From positions 1,440,001 through 1,504,000 of the forward strand of contig CBDATQ010000001.1 in the NCBI GenBank assembly GCA_965199955.1: a stretch of 64,000 nucleotides of DNA, given 5' to 3'. Made by a program: the position numbers and the translations under genes. Positions 10,130 to 20,360 of the stretch are shown piece by piece. The notes under the pieces are model-generated. The model was not told the DNA's origin and ran no database searches. It worked only from the letters and a program-made list of their open reading frames with translations. This DNA comes from Spirochaetia bacterium (lineage in GTDB: Bacteria; Spirochaetota; Spirochaetia; SZUA-6; Bin103). Positions within the stretch are counted from its first letter, which is position 1; each line of letters begins with the position of its first letter.

Positions 10130-10483
10130 GCGGTGCGGCTCGCAGCGAGCGTTCAAAGTCGAGCTATTCGCTCTGCAACAGCCTCCTGACCGGTGCGACC
10201 CCCGCGGTTCGGTGCCACGCTCGCGCAGACATGAGCCCCACGAGTCGAGGTAGTCCTTGAACGACGGATCTGCGTTCGGGTCCCAGTGGTTCAGGTGGCC
10301 GCAATCCCGCCAGACGGTTGGGTCCGCTTGGAACGAGTCCAGCAGTGCGACGGCGACCGTCCCGCACAGATCGCGCTCATAGGGATTTGCTTCCAGTCTC
10401 GGGCCGGCTTCCGTAAACCACTCGGGAAGACGGTCGCGGCTGATCCGAGGATATCGTGCTGCGGTACGCTCGGCGTACGTCAT
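10130..10483 (-). pseudogene. Possible fragment of an unidentified protein
   Basis: Protein-like stretch MTYAERTAARY...EANPYERDLCGTVAVALLDSF...WRDCGHLNHW...YLDSW between two + strand operons. Confidence 0.3.
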
Positions 10484-10553
10484 CCTAACCCGGCCGGCCG
10501 TGCTACCGTGCGCGCTATCGCCCGTCATGGGCGGAACCAGGCGAGGGGAGATC

Positions 10554-11375
10554 ATGCCGCGAGTGAGCGTTGACGAGGCGATCCGGCGGGTCGCCGTCGA
10601 GGGCTGGTGCGTCCTGGACTCGGTGATCCCGCCGGGCGAGGTGGACGGCGTGCGCGACGCCGTGCTTGCCGTGTCGCGGCGGGAGCGGGACGCGGACAAG
10701 CCGCGCATCGGCATCGGCGGGCTGATCGCCAAGACGCAGGCGTTCGCGCCGTACGTCGCCGAGGAGCGGCTGCTCGGCGTGGCCCACGCGCGGCTCGGCA
10801 CGCCGGTGCGCATCTCGATGACACACGGCATCGTCACCGCGCCCGGCTACGGCCGCGCCAACTGGCACGGCGACTGGCCGTTCAGCCTGCGGCAGGACCA
10901 GAAGGTCCTGCACCCGTACCCGATCGACGCGCCGATGCACATCACCACCCTCTGGGCGCTCACCGAGTTCAGCGCCGCCACCGGCGGCACCGCGATCGTC
11001 CCGGGCAGCCACCGCTTCGGGAACAATCCTTCGGGCGACAACGGCTACGGCGAGCACGCGCCGGTTCCGTCGGAGCTGCAGCCGCACATGGACCCGGGCG
11101 ACGTGCTGATGATCGACAGCCGCGTCTGGCACACGAACGGCGACAACATCAGCGACCGCACGCGCGTCGGCATGGCGGTCCGCTATGCGCCGTGGTGGTA
11201 CAACATCCACGTGCTGACCGCCGGCATCCGCCAGTACGAGGAGACGGCGGCCGAACGCGGACTGCGCGCCGACGACGTGATCCCGATCACGCCCGAGCAG
11301 TACGAGTCGCTGCCGGACGCGGTCAAGCCGTTGCTGCGCCACATCGTCGTCGGCCAGAAGGTCCGGGCGGCATGA
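10554..11375 (+). CDS. Phytanoyl-CoA dioxygenase (PhyH) family protein
   Basis: WHGD, GGTAIVPGSH, DSRVWH facial-triad motifs; RBS GAGGGGAG. Confidence 0.85.
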   Translation: MPRVSVDEAIRRVAVEGWCVLDSVIPPGEVDGVRDAVLAVSRRERDADKPRIGIGGLIAKTQAFAPYVAEERLLGVAHARLGTPVRISMTHGIVTAPGYGRANWHGDWPFSLRQDQKVLHPYPIDAPMHITTLWALTEFSAATGGTAIVPGSHRFGNNPSGDNGYGEHAPVPSELQPHMDPGDVLMIDSRVWHTNGDNISDRTRVGMAVRYAPWWYNIHVLTAGIRQYEETAAERGLRADDVIPITPEQYESLPDAVKPLLRHIVVGQKVRAA

Positions 11376-12211
11376 GTGACACCGCCGTCGCCCACACCGT
11401 CGGCGCCGAGGAGGCGCTCCGCCGCGTGCGGACCGAGGGCTGGTGCGTGATCGACGGCGTCATTCCGCAGGACGAGCTGGCCGAGGTGGTCGGCAGCGTC
11501 TCCGCCACCCTGGGCGGCCGTTCCGAGTTGCGCGGCCTGATCGCCTGCGACAGCTCGTTCGCGCCCTACTTGGTCGACGAGCGGCTCACTGCGATCGCCG
11601 AGGGAATGTTCGGCCCCGCGTCGCGCATCGCCAGAACTGACGCCTTCGCGGCCGAGCCCTGCGCCGCCTACAGCGGCTGGCACGCCGACTGGCCGTTCTC
11701 CGGCGACGACAGCTATCGGGTGGCCGTGCCGTACGGTGACCTGGCCATGGCGGTGACCACCCTCTGGATGCTCACCGATTCTCCCGCGGGCGCAGGCGCC
11801 ACGGTGATCGCCTCCGGCAGCCACCGCACGCACGACAACCCGGCCGTCGCGCCCGGTTACGCCGCCGACGCGGAGATCGCTTCGCAGATGCTCCCGGAGG
11901 TCCCAGCCGGCAGCGTGCTGGCGTTCGACAGCCGCCTGTGGCACCGGACCACAGCCAACACGGGTGCCGAACGGCGTTTGTGGCTCGACATCCAGTACGT
12001 GCCATGGTGGCTGGACGTCACCAGCATGATTCCCGGGCTCGCGGACTACGAGACGCGCGCCGAGGGGCTCGCCTACCGGCCCGTGGAGATCCGCCCGCTT
12101 GACGAGGCTTCCTTCGGGGCACTGCCGGACGAGGTGAAGCCGCTGTTCGACCACCTGCTCCTCGATCAGGGGGTGATCGCCTGGCATCCGGACGCACCGG
12201 CGTCCTCCTGA
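11372..12211 (+). CDS. PhyH family dioxygenase, second paralog
   Basis: WHAD, GATVIASGSH, DSRLWH; ATGA overlap with upstream gene. Confidence 0.85.
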   Translation: MSDTAVAHTVGAEEALRRVRTEGWCVIDGVIPQDELAEVVGSVSATLGGRSELRGLIACDSSFAPYLVDERLTAIAEGMFGPASRIARTDAFAAEPCAAYSGWHADWPFSGDDSYRVAVPYGDLAMAVTTLWMLTDSPAGAGATVIASGSHRTHDNPAVAPGYAADAEIASQMLPEVPAGSVLAFDSRLWHRTTANTGAERRLWLDIQYVPWWLDVTSMIPGLADYETRAEGLAYRPVEIRPLDEASFGALPDEVKPLFDHLLLDQGVIAWHPDAPASS

Positions 12212-12242
12212 AGTCGACGCATCGGGGACTGAACGAACCGGT

Positions 12243-12258
12243 GGACCGAAAACGGTCC
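12243..12258. terminator. Short hairpin between convergent genes
   Basis: GGACCG-AAAA-CGGTCC between stops at 12211 and 12272. Confidence 0.35.
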
Positions 12259-12271
12259 TCCTCTGCCACCG

Positions 12272-13447
12272 TCACAGCCGCCCAGAGGCGGCAGCGCGGT
12301 CCAGGCGCCACACGTCCCCCGGACGCCACGCACTCTCCACGCGGTGAGTGAAGTCCCGCTTGCTCAGCTCTACCTGCTCCGCCGAGATGGTTACCGCGCT
12401 TCCCGCGGCGAGAAACAGTGCATCCCGGTGGACGTGAACGGCACATGCGTGGCGCCGGCTCCAGGGCGTGGCTGTCAGTTCCTCCCATCGTTCGCCGTCC
12501 GCGGAATACCACACGTCATTGCGATTGCCGTCGGTCCAAACCTCAGCCGGGTGGTCCGCCACTCCTCGGTGTCCGCCTAACACCCAAAGCTTGCCGTCCC
12601 ACGCCGCGGTATCGTGATAGGACCGTGCCGGCCAGGGAGCTTCTCCCTCCGCAAGGTGACGGGCCCATTCGTGTCCGTCTGCCGACGACCACACATCGTT
12701 GTGGTACAGGCGTGCCTTCAGTCGTGGCTGCTGCTCCAGGTCGTAGCGCAGTGAGCTCAGCGTGGTCCCGCCCGTCCCGACGTATCCCCCGCCCAAGATC
12801 CACATTCGATCGTGGAGCACGGCAACGCCGCCATTCGCGCCGGTGATCATGCCCCTGGGGGCCCACGGCGCGCTGTCCGTCACCAGCTCCCAGCTCAGAC
12901 CGTCCTGCGTCCGCCAGACGTCGCGCAACGGTGGACGCGCCGGCGGAAAGGGTTTCCCGGCCTTCAGGTCCGCCACGAAGTTGGTCTGAGCGGGTACGCT
13001 GGCCTGGCCACCCATGACCCAGATCGAGCCGTCGAAGACGGTGACCATCTGGTTGCTGCGCTCCTGCCAAGGTACGGTTGACGCGACGAGTTCCCAATTC
13101 ACGCCATCGTTGGATTTCCACACGTCGTCGGGGGTCCCGCCCTCGGCCCCGACAATCCAGATGTGATCATCGTGCGCGACGGCCCCGTGCATGTGCCGCC
13201 CGCTCCATGGCGCGGTGGCCGCCAACGACCAGCTTCCACCATCGTCATCCGAGCACCACACCTCCGAGCACACTTCCGACTCGAAAGAGCCGGCGCCGGC
13301 GCCGGCGAGATCGGGCCTCGCGCCCGCGTACTGGTTCCATCCACCCAGGAGAAAGAGCTTGTCCCGGAAGGAGACGAGCTGTGCCCCGTCGCGAGGCGCC
13401 CATGGCACCTCCGCGCTCACACAATTCCAACGGTATGCGGTGCTCAT
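12272..13447 (-). CDS. Kelch-like beta-propeller repeat protein
   Basis: Repeated APWxxR...WxxGG...DVWxSxDGxxW units; ATG at 13447 with GAGGAG upstream. Confidence 0.75.
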   Translation of the reverse strand: MSTAYRWNCVSAEVPWAPRDGAQLVSFRDKLFLLGGWNQYAGARPDLAGAGAGSFESEVCSEVWCSDDDGGSWSLAATAPWSGRHMHGAVAHDDHIWIVGAEGGTPDDVWKSNDGVNWELVASTVPWQERSNQMVTVFDGSIWVMGGQASVPAQTNFVADLKAGKPFPPARPPLRDVWRTQDGLSWELVTDSAPWAPRGMITGANGGVAVLHDRMWILGGGYVGTGGTTLSSLRYDLEQQPRLKARLYHNDVWSSADGHEWARHLAEGEAPWPARSYHDTAAWDGKLWVLGGHRGVADHPAEVWTDGNRNDVWYSADGERWEELTATPWSRRHACAVHVHRDALFLAAGSAVTISAEQVELSKRDFTHRVESAWRPGDVWRLDRAAASGRL

Positions 13448-13501
13448 CGGTTCTCCTCGATCCAGCTTGAGCACCGACTCGGAGGTCGTGTCAATGGGTG
13501 C

Positions 13502-13582
13502 GTATCGCTTCGCCGCGTCGGTCCGTACCCGCAGCGCCGCGAACGGGGACTCGATCACGTCGTTCGTCCGCAGGTGCCGCCG
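13502..13582 (-). pseudogene. IS256-family transposase scrap
   Basis: RHLRTNDVIESPFAALRVRTDAAKRY resembles the HLRTTNxxESxFAxxRxRT motif of IS256/mutator transposases. Confidence 0.6.
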
Positions 13583-13645
13583 GTCCGTTCGTCCAGTTCG
13601 TGCAGCCGCCGTACCTTCTGGCTGGCGGGAGCCGTGGAGGGAACG

Positions 13646-15493
13646 ATGAAGGTGGTGACGTTCGCGCGCTTCATCGCGCGCGGGATCGCGCTGAGCTGTC
13701 AGGCGGGCAAGGCGCTGTTCCTTGCCAGCACGCTCACATCGGTGGTGGGGGCGGTCATCGTGCCCCTGCAGATCGTGCTGCTGGCCACGACCATAGATCT
13801 GGTCCCAAGCGTGGCCGGCTCCGGGTCGGCCGGTGAGGCGCTGCAAGCGCTCGCGTTGCCGCTGGCCGGCATGGCGCTCCTGTGGTTGCTGGGAGGCATG
13901 CTGGCACCAGTCAGCGAGTCATGCAGCCGCGCGTTCTACGTCAAGCTGGGGAATCATGTCCAGGGCCAGCTTCTGCGCAAGGCGGCATCGCTGGATCTGG
14001 CGCTGTTCGACGATCAGCGCTTTTACAACAAGCTGGAGATAGCCCATCGGGATCACCGGCGCGCCGGCGACATGCCGGTCGCTCTGACGTATTCCCTGCG
14101 TTCATGGATCACGCTGGTGTCGGTGCTGGGGCTGCTGGCCATGTTCACGCCCTGGGCCGTGCTCATCCTGAGTGCTACCGTAGTGCCAGAGCTCCTGTTC
14201 CGAGGGCGGATCACCGGTCAGTTGTACGTGATGTGGAACACTCAGGCGCCGATCCAGAGGCTGTGCCACTACATCGCGTCGCTGCTTGTGGATCGAGTGC
14301 CGGCCAAGGAGACCCGCCTGTTCGGATTGGGGGCATCGCTGATCGAGCGTTACCGCCGGGCCCGGGTCGACCTGTATCGGCAGGAGCGGCGCATCCTGGG
14401 TGTCGAGGTCCGCGGCTTGGGCCTTCTGGGCTTGCTGTCGGTGGCGGGTACCGTGGCGATCTGGATCTGGGCCGCCGTCGATGCGGTCAGCGGCGCGGTC
14501 GCGCTCGGCACGCTGGTGCTGGTGTTCCAGTCTGCTGACAAGGCGCGAGGTCAACTCCAGGATGCCGCCCGGGGAGCCGGCATGCTGGTCGAGAGCCGGC
14601 TGCACGCGCAGAGCTATTTCGACTTCATGGACCTGAACCCCGGCGACTATGCCGGCTCGCTGCGACCGGCGGCGCGGCAGGTGGCCGCGCCGTCCTCCGT
14701 GAGTGACGGCCTCGAACTGACCGGCGTGTCCTTCGAGTATCCTGGGACGGAACGGCCGGTATTGCGGAACCTCAACCTCCGGTTGCGCGCAGGCGAGCGC
14801 GTGGCGATCGTGGGCGAGAACGGGGCAGGCAAGACCACCCTGGTGAAGCTGCTCACGCGCCTGTATGACCCGACGGGCGGCAGCATCGAGCTCGACGGCG
14901 TCGATTACCGCGACTACGACGTCTCCGGGTTGCGGAAGCTCTTCGGCGTTGCGTTCCAGGACTACGCTCAATTTCATCTCACCGCACGCGAGAACGTCGG
15001 CTTCGGCGACATCGAGCGGGTGGACGACACCGAAGCGATCATGGAAGCCGTCCGCAGCGCGGCGGCGCAGGAGATGGTCGAGCAGTTGCCGAGCGGGCTC
15101 GACACCATGCTGGGCCGGACGCTGGGCGAAGGCACGGACCTGTCCGGCGGACAGTGGCAGAAACTGGCGCTGGCCCGCGCCTTCTTTCGCGACGGGGCCG
15201 TGCTGATCCTGGACGAGCCGACCGCCGCGCTCGACGCGCGTGCCGAGCACGAGCTGTTCGACCACATCCTGGCGGAGAGCCGCGGGCGCACCACGATCAT
15301 CATCTCGCACCGTTTCTCGACAGTGCGTAGCGCCGACCGTATTCTCGTGCTCCATGAAGGGGAGATCGTCGAGGACGGCGATCACGCCGGCCTGATGGAG
15401 CGCAACGGCCGCTACGCCGAGATGTTCCGCCTGCAGGCCAGCCGCTACACCGATCCGCCTGCCGAGCAGGAAGAGGAACCGGGGGAGGAGTGA
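13646..15493 (+). CDS. Fused ABC transporter permease/ATP-binding protein (exporter type)
   Basis: N-terminal TM helices; GENGAGKT, LSGGQWQ, ILDEPT, SHR. Confidence 0.9.
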   Translation: MKVVTFARFIARGIALSCQAGKALFLASTLTSVVGAVIVPLQIVLLATTIDLVPSVAGSGSAGEALQALALPLAGMALLWLLGGMLAPVSESCSRAFYVKLGNHVQGQLLRKAASLDLALFDDQRFYNKLEIAHRDHRRAGDMPVALTYSLRSWITLVSVLGLLAMFTPWAVLILSATVVPELLFRGRITGQLYVMWNTQAPIQRLCHYIASLLVDRVPAKETRLFGLGASLIERYRRARVDLYRQERRILGVEVRGLGLLGLLSVAGTVAIWIWAAVDAVSGAVALGTLVLVFQSADKARGQLQDAARGAGMLVESRLHAQSYFDFMDLNPGDYAGSLRPAARQVAAPSSVSDGLELTGVSFEYPGTERPVLRNLNLRLRAGERVAIVGENGAGKTTLVKLLTRLYDPTGGSIELDGVDYRDYDVSGLRKLFGVAFQDYAQFHLTARENVGFGDIERVDDTEAIMEAVRSAAAQEMVEQLPSGLDTMLGRTLGEGTDLSGGQWQKLALARAFFRDGAVLILDEPTAALDARAEHELFDHILAESRGRTTIIISHRFSTVRSADRILVLHEGEIVEDGDHAGLMERNGRYAEMFRLQASRYTDPPAEQEEEPGEE

Positions 15494-16953
15494 GCGCTCC
15501 GGCCCGCCCCAACCTCGTCCTGATCTCGGCCGACCAGTGGCGCGGCGACGTGCTCGGTGTCGCCGGCGACCCGGTGATCCACACGCCCGGCATCGATGCC
15601 ATGGCCGCCAGCGGCCACTACTTCCCGCGCGCGGTCACCGAGCTGCCGTCGTGCGTGGGCGCGCGCCGCACGCTGTTCAGCGGGCAGTGGCCGGTGACGC
15701 ACGGCATGACCGGCTTCGACGACCTGGAGCCGTGGCCGGAGCCCGACACCCTGTGCCGGGTCTTTCAGCGCAACGGCTACCGGACCTACGGCATCGGCAA
15801 GCGCCATGTCTATCCGCAGGACGCCCGCCACGGCTTCGACCTGCTGCGCACCCACGAGGAAGGCCGCTTCCTGAGCCCCGGCTACCGCGACGACTACCTG
15901 TCCATGCTCGCCGAGGCGGGGTGGGGGGACTTCGGCCTGTTCGGCGCCGGGGTGACCAACAACAGCTACCACGGCCGCGCGAGCGTGCTGCCGCCGGAGC
16001 TGCACGTCACCACCTGGACCGCCACCGAGGCGATCCGGGTGATGGAGGACCACGTCAGGACCTGGGGCCGCGACCAGCCGTTCTTCCTGTACGTCTCCTT
16101 CAGCAAACCGCACCCGCCGTGGGACCCGCCGGCGCACTTCTTCGACCACTACTACGGCGACCCCGATCTGCCGATGCCCGTGATCGGGGATGCCGCCGGC
16201 TACGTCATCTCGCCCAGTCCGTTCGTGGCCGGCACGCGCGGGCCGCTCCCGGAGGGCGAGGTCTGTCAGCTCAAGGCCAGGGACATGCGCCGCGCGCGCG
16301 CCGCCTACTACGGCCTGATCGACCAGATCGACGCGCAGATCACCCGCCTGGCCTACCACCTGTGGCGCTCCCTGATGGTGCGCAACACCGTCTTCGCCTT
16401 CGTCGCCGACCACGGCGAGATGCTCGGCGATCACCACTGGTGGGCGAAGTCGGTGGGATACGAGGGCTCCATCCGCGTGCCGTTCGTCCTCAGCTTCCCT
16501 CAGGAGATGCCGCTGCCGACCAACCGCACCTATCCCGACGCGACCGTCGGGCTGGCCGACCTGATGCCCACTGTGCTGGACGCGTGCGGCCTGCCGATCC
16601 CGGAGCGCTGCGACGGCGCGTCGCTGATGCCGCTGATTTCAGGCGAGGCGGACCGCCTCGACCGCGGCCATCTGCACGTCGAGCACCTGGAGTACGGCCA
16701 CTTCCTGCTCGACCACACCGGGAAGTTCCTCTGGCACTACCGGATGGGCGTGAAGGAATACTACGACCTGCAGGACGACCCGAACGAGTGCCGCAACCGC
16801 TACGGTGACGACCCGCGGGCGCCAAAGCTGGAGGAACGGCTGAAGGCGCTGCTGGTCGAACAGGGCCGCGAGGACGACTTCATGCGCGGGGGCGAGCTGG
16901 ACGACGCGACCGCGCAGTCCCACATCCACGAGCCGCCCGCGTACGCGCGGTAG
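15490..16953 (+). CDS. Sulfatase-like hydrolase (formylglycine type)
   Basis: PNLVLISADQ, CVGARRTLFSG, GKRH, KPHPP, ADHGEMLGDH. Confidence 0.85.
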   Translation: MSAPARPNLVLISADQWRGDVLGVAGDPVIHTPGIDAMAASGHYFPRAVTELPSCVGARRTLFSGQWPVTHGMTGFDDLEPWPEPDTLCRVFQRNGYRTYGIGKRHVYPQDARHGFDLLRTHEEGRFLSPGYRDDYLSMLAEAGWGDFGLFGAGVTNNSYHGRASVLPPELHVTTWTATEAIRVMEDHVRTWGRDQPFFLYVSFSKPHPPWDPPAHFFDHYYGDPDLPMPVIGDAAGYVISPSPFVAGTRGPLPEGEVCQLKARDMRRARAAYYGLIDQIDAQITRLAYHLWRSLMVRNTVFAFVADHGEMLGDHHWWAKSVGYEGSIRVPFVLSFPQEMPLPTNRTYPDATVGLADLMPTVLDACGLPIPERCDGASLMPLISGEADRLDRGHLHVEHLEYGHFLLDHTGKFLWHYRMGVKEYYDLQDDPNECRNRYGDDPRAPKLEERLKALLVEQGREDDFMRGGELDDATAQSHIHEPPAYAR

Positions 16954-16977
16954 CCGGATTCGACGCAGGAGGTTTTC

Positions 16978-18348
16978 ATGACGCCGTTACCCACCACCAA
17001 CCAGGGTTGGCTCGAGCTTGGCAATCGGTATCTCCTTCGGCATCCGATGCGGACCGCTCCGCTGGTGCCCGAGCGTGGCGAGGGAATCTACCTGTGGGAC
17101 GTGGAGGGCCGGCGGTTCATCGACTTTCAGTCCGGTCAGCTCTGCGTGACGCTCGGCCACTCCCACCCGGAGTACGTGCAGGCGCTGTGCGACCAGGCAC
17201 GGAAGATCGTTCAGATCGGCAGCACCTTCATAGCGCCGTCAGAGGTGCTGTTGGCGAAGAAGATGGCCGACATCGCACCCGATCCGCTGCAGAAGTCCTT
17301 CTTCGCGTGTACCGGTTCCGAATCGAACGAGATGGCGCTGCGCCTGGTGAGGAAGTACACGGGACGCTTCGAGGTGATCGCGCTCATGCGCGGCTACCAC
17401 GGGCAGTCGTACGGGAGCGCATCCATCACCGGTCGGGGCGGCATGCTGCGCGAGGGATACGGCCCCATGCCCGCCGGCGCCGCGTTCGTTCCGCCGCCGT
17501 ACGCCTATCGCTGCCAGTTCTGCCGCGATGAGGCCTGCTGCAACCTGGGCTGCGCCGACGCGGCCGAGTACGTCCTCGATACGGCGACCTCCGGCCGGCC
17601 GGCGGCGTTCTTCTTCGAGCCGTTGATGAGCGCGGCCGGACAGATCGTGCCCTCCAGGGAGTGGATACGGCGGATGGTCGAGGTCTGCCGGAGCCGGGAC
17701 ATACTGATGGTGGCGGACGAAGCGCTGACCTGCTTCGGCCGGACGGGCCGGTGGTTCGCCTTCGAGCACTTCGACTTCGTGCCCGACCTCGTCACCTGCT
17801 CAAAGGGGCTCGGCGGCGGCGTGCCCCTGTGCGCGGTCCTTACCAGCGCCGAGATCGCCGACGTGGCAGTGGAACGGGGGTTCATGCCGTTCTCGTCCCA
17901 CGCCGGGGACCCGCTGCTCTGCGCCACCGGCCTGGCGAACCTGGAGATCGTCGAACGCGAAGATCTCGTGGAGAACGCCCGGCGGGTAGGCGGCTACTTC
18001 ATGGAAAAACTCAAGGCGCTGGAGAGAGAACTGGCCATCGTCGGCGAAGCCCGCGGCCTCGGCCTGTGTCTGGGCCTGGAGCTGGTGACCGACAAGGAGA
18101 GCCGGGAGCCCAACTTCGCTGCTGCCGCGATGGCGACGAACTACTGCTACGAGCACGGCCTGTGGCTGCCGATCGTGCCGATGGTGCAAGACGACAACCC
18201 GCTGAGTCGGCGTTTCATGGAGATCTCGGGCTCCCACGTCCTGCGCTTCATGCCGCCGATCACCGTCACCGAGGCGCAGATCGACGAAGCGATGGACATC
18301 ATCGCGGCAAGCCTGCGGCTCGCGGAAGATGCATGCGCATCGGCGTAG
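16978..18348 (+). CDS. Class III PLP-dependent aminotransferase
   Basis: GEGIYLWDVEG, TGSESNE, DEALTCFGRTG, SKGLGGG. Confidence 0.9.
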   Translation: MTPLPTTNQGWLELGNRYLLRHPMRTAPLVPERGEGIYLWDVEGRRFIDFQSGQLCVTLGHSHPEYVQALCDQARKIVQIGSTFIAPSEVLLAKKMADIAPDPLQKSFFACTGSESNEMALRLVRKYTGRFEVIALMRGYHGQSYGSASITGRGGMLREGYGPMPAGAAFVPPPYAYRCQFCRDEACCNLGCADAAEYVLDTATSGRPAAFFFEPLMSAAGQIVPSREWIRRMVEVCRSRDILMVADEALTCFGRTGRWFAFEHFDFVPDLVTCSKGLGGGVPLCAVLTSAEIADVAVERGFMPFSSHAGDPLLCATGLANLEIVEREDLVENARRVGGYFMEKLKALERELAIVGEARGLGLCLGLELVTDKESREPNFAAAAMATNYCYEHGLWLPIVPMVQDDNPLSRRFMEISGSHVLRFMPPITVTEAQIDEAMDIIAASLRLAEDACASA

Positions 18349-20360
18349 ATTCCGGCGGCACGTTCACGGACGTGGTCGCCTTCGACCCGGAACGCGGCCG
18401 CCTGGTGTTCCACAAGGTCGCCTCGACGCCGGACGACCCGGCGGCGGGCATCGTCAGCGGCGCGCTGGGAGCCGCCGAGCGGGCGGAGGCGCAGCCGGTC
18501 GACGTGGCGATGCTCATCCACGGCACGACGGTCGCCACCAACCAGGTGCTGCAGCGCGCCGGGGCGCTGGTCGCGCTGATCACCACCGCCGGGTTCCGGG
18601 ACGTACTGCACATCCAGCGCCAGTCGCGGCCGCGCATGTACGACCTGCGCTCACGCCGGACCGCTCCGTTGGTGCCGCGCGAGCTGCGCTTCGAGGTGCG
18701 CGAGCGCATGCGCTTCGACGGCACCGTTCAGACCCCCCTGGACCGCGCGGGGCTGGCCGCCGTGATCGACGCCATCCGCGATGCGGGCGTGCAGGCGGTC
18801 GCCGTGGGGCTGCTACACAGCTACGCCAATCCCGGCCACGAGCGGGAGATAGGCGAGGAGGTGGCGCGCCGGCTGCCGGGGGTCGCCGTCAGCCTGTCGC
18901 ACGAGCTGATGGGCGAGCACGGCGAGTACGAGCGGTTCAGCACCTGCGTGATGAACGCATTCGTGCAGCCGGGGATCGAGCGCTACGTTACTCGGCTCGG
19001 CGCGGGGCTGCGCGAGGCCGGCTTCACGGCGCCGCTGTACGTGATGAAGTCCAACGGCGGCGTCATGACCGCCGCTTCCGCCGCGCGCCGCTGCGTGGAG
19101 ACGGTGCTCTCCGGGCCGGCCGGCGGCGTGGTCGCGGGCGCCGCGGTGGCGCGGGCGCGCGGCGCCGCCGACCTGATCACCTGCGACATGGGCGGCACCA
19201 GCTTCGACGTCGGCGTCATCCAGGACGGCGACATCCCGTTCGCCCGCGACACGGAGATGGGCGGCCTTGCCCTTGGCGTGCCGATGCTGGACCTGCACAC
19301 CGTGGGCGCCGGCGGCGGCAGCATCGCCTGGCTGGACGCCGGCAACGCCCTGCGCGTGGGGCCGCGCTCGGCCGGCGCCGTGCCCGGGCCGGCCTGCTAC
19401 GGGACCGGCGGCAGCGAGCCGACGGTCACCGACGCCGACCTGGTGCTGGGCCGGCTGGGGACCCGGACGCTGCTGGGCGGCGGCATGACCCTGGACCGGG
19501 AGGCGGCCGAGCGGGCGATTCACGACCGCATCGCCGCGCCGCTCGGACTGGGCGTCGCCGAGGCGGCCGAGGGGATCGTGCGCGTGATCAACGCCACCAT
19601 GACCGCCGCGATCCGCAAGCTGACCATCGAGCGCGGCCACGATCCCCGCCGGTTCGCGCTCTGCCCGTTCGGCGGCGCCGGCCCCATGCACGGCGCGGAG
19701 CTGGCCGCCGAGCTGGGGGTCGCGGAGACCGTGATCCCGGTCGCCCCCGGCGTGCACTCCGCGCTCGGGCTGCTGATGACCAATCTGCGCGAGGACCGCA
19801 CCCGCACGCTGGTGCGGCGGCTGGACGCCGCGGCCGTGGAGGAGCTGAGCGCCGTGCTGGGCGACCTGGAAACGGAGGGACGCGCGCAACTCCGCGCGCA
19901 CGACGGAGTCGCTCCGGCCGTCAGCCGCGCGGTCGGTCAGCGCTACCTGGGCCAGCGTTACGAGCTGTCGGTGCCAGTCGGCGCCGAGCTGCCGCCGCTT
20001 GCGGAGCTCGGCGACCGGTTCCACGACCTGCACGACCGGCGCTACGGCTACCGGCGCGAAGACCATCCGGTGGAGGTGGCCAGCGCCTGGGTGGCGGTCG
20101 AGCACGACCTGCATCCCCTGGAGATGCCCGAGGCGCAGGCGGCTGCCGGGGAGCCCGCGCCCCGCCTGATGCGGGAGGCTCGCTTCAACGGCGTCGAGCA
20201 GGAGGTGCCGGTGTTCGCTCGCGCGGACCTTGGAGCCGGCTGCATCGTGCGCGGGCCGGCGGTCGTGGAGCAACTCGACGCCGCCTCCGTCATTCCCCCG
20301 GCGCACCGGCTGGAGGTGGATCGCTTCGGCCACCTGGTGGTATCACGCACCGATGGCTGA
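18333..20360 (+). CDS. Hydantoinase/oxoprolinase subunit A
   Basis: MRIGVDSGGTFTD, HGTTVATN, SGPAGG, DMGGTSFD, GAGGGS. Confidence 0.9.
   Translation: MRIGVDSGGTFTDVVAFDPERGRLVFHKVASTPDDPAAGIVSGALGAAERAEAQPVDVAMLIHGTTVATNQVLQRAGALVALITTAGFRDVLHIQRQSRPRMYDLRSRRTAPLVPRELRFEVRERMRFDGTVQTPLDRAGLAAVIDAIRDAGVQAVAVGLLHSYANPGHEREIGEEVARRLPGVAVSLSHELMGEHGEYERFSTCVMNAFVQPGIERYVTRLGAGLREAGFTAPLYVMKSNGGVMTAASAARRCVETVLSGPAGGVVAGAAVARARGAADLITCDMGGTSFDVGVIQDGDIPFARDTEMGGLALGVPMLDLHTVGAGGGSIAWLDAGNALRVGPRSAGAVPGPACYGTGGSEPTVTDADLVLGRLGTRTLLGGGMTLDREAAERAIHDRIAAPLGLGVAEAAEGIVRVINATMTAAIRKLTIERGHDPRRFALCPFGGAGPMHGAELAAELGVAETVIPVAPGVHSALGLLMTNLREDRTRTLVRRLDAAAVEELSAVLGDLETEGRAQLRAHDGVAPAVSRAVGQRYLGQRYELSVPVGAELPPLAELGDRFHDLHDRRYGYRREDHPVEVASAWVAVEHDLHPLEMPEAQAAAGEPAPRLMREARFNGVEQEVPVFARADLGAGCIVRGPAVVEQLDAASVIPPAHRLEVDRFGHLVVSRTDG

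Noticed and set aside
17661..18332. Apparent N-terminal extension of hydantoinase A
   Set aside because: Out-of-frame overlap with the aminotransferase; the family start MRIGVDSGGTFTD is at 18333
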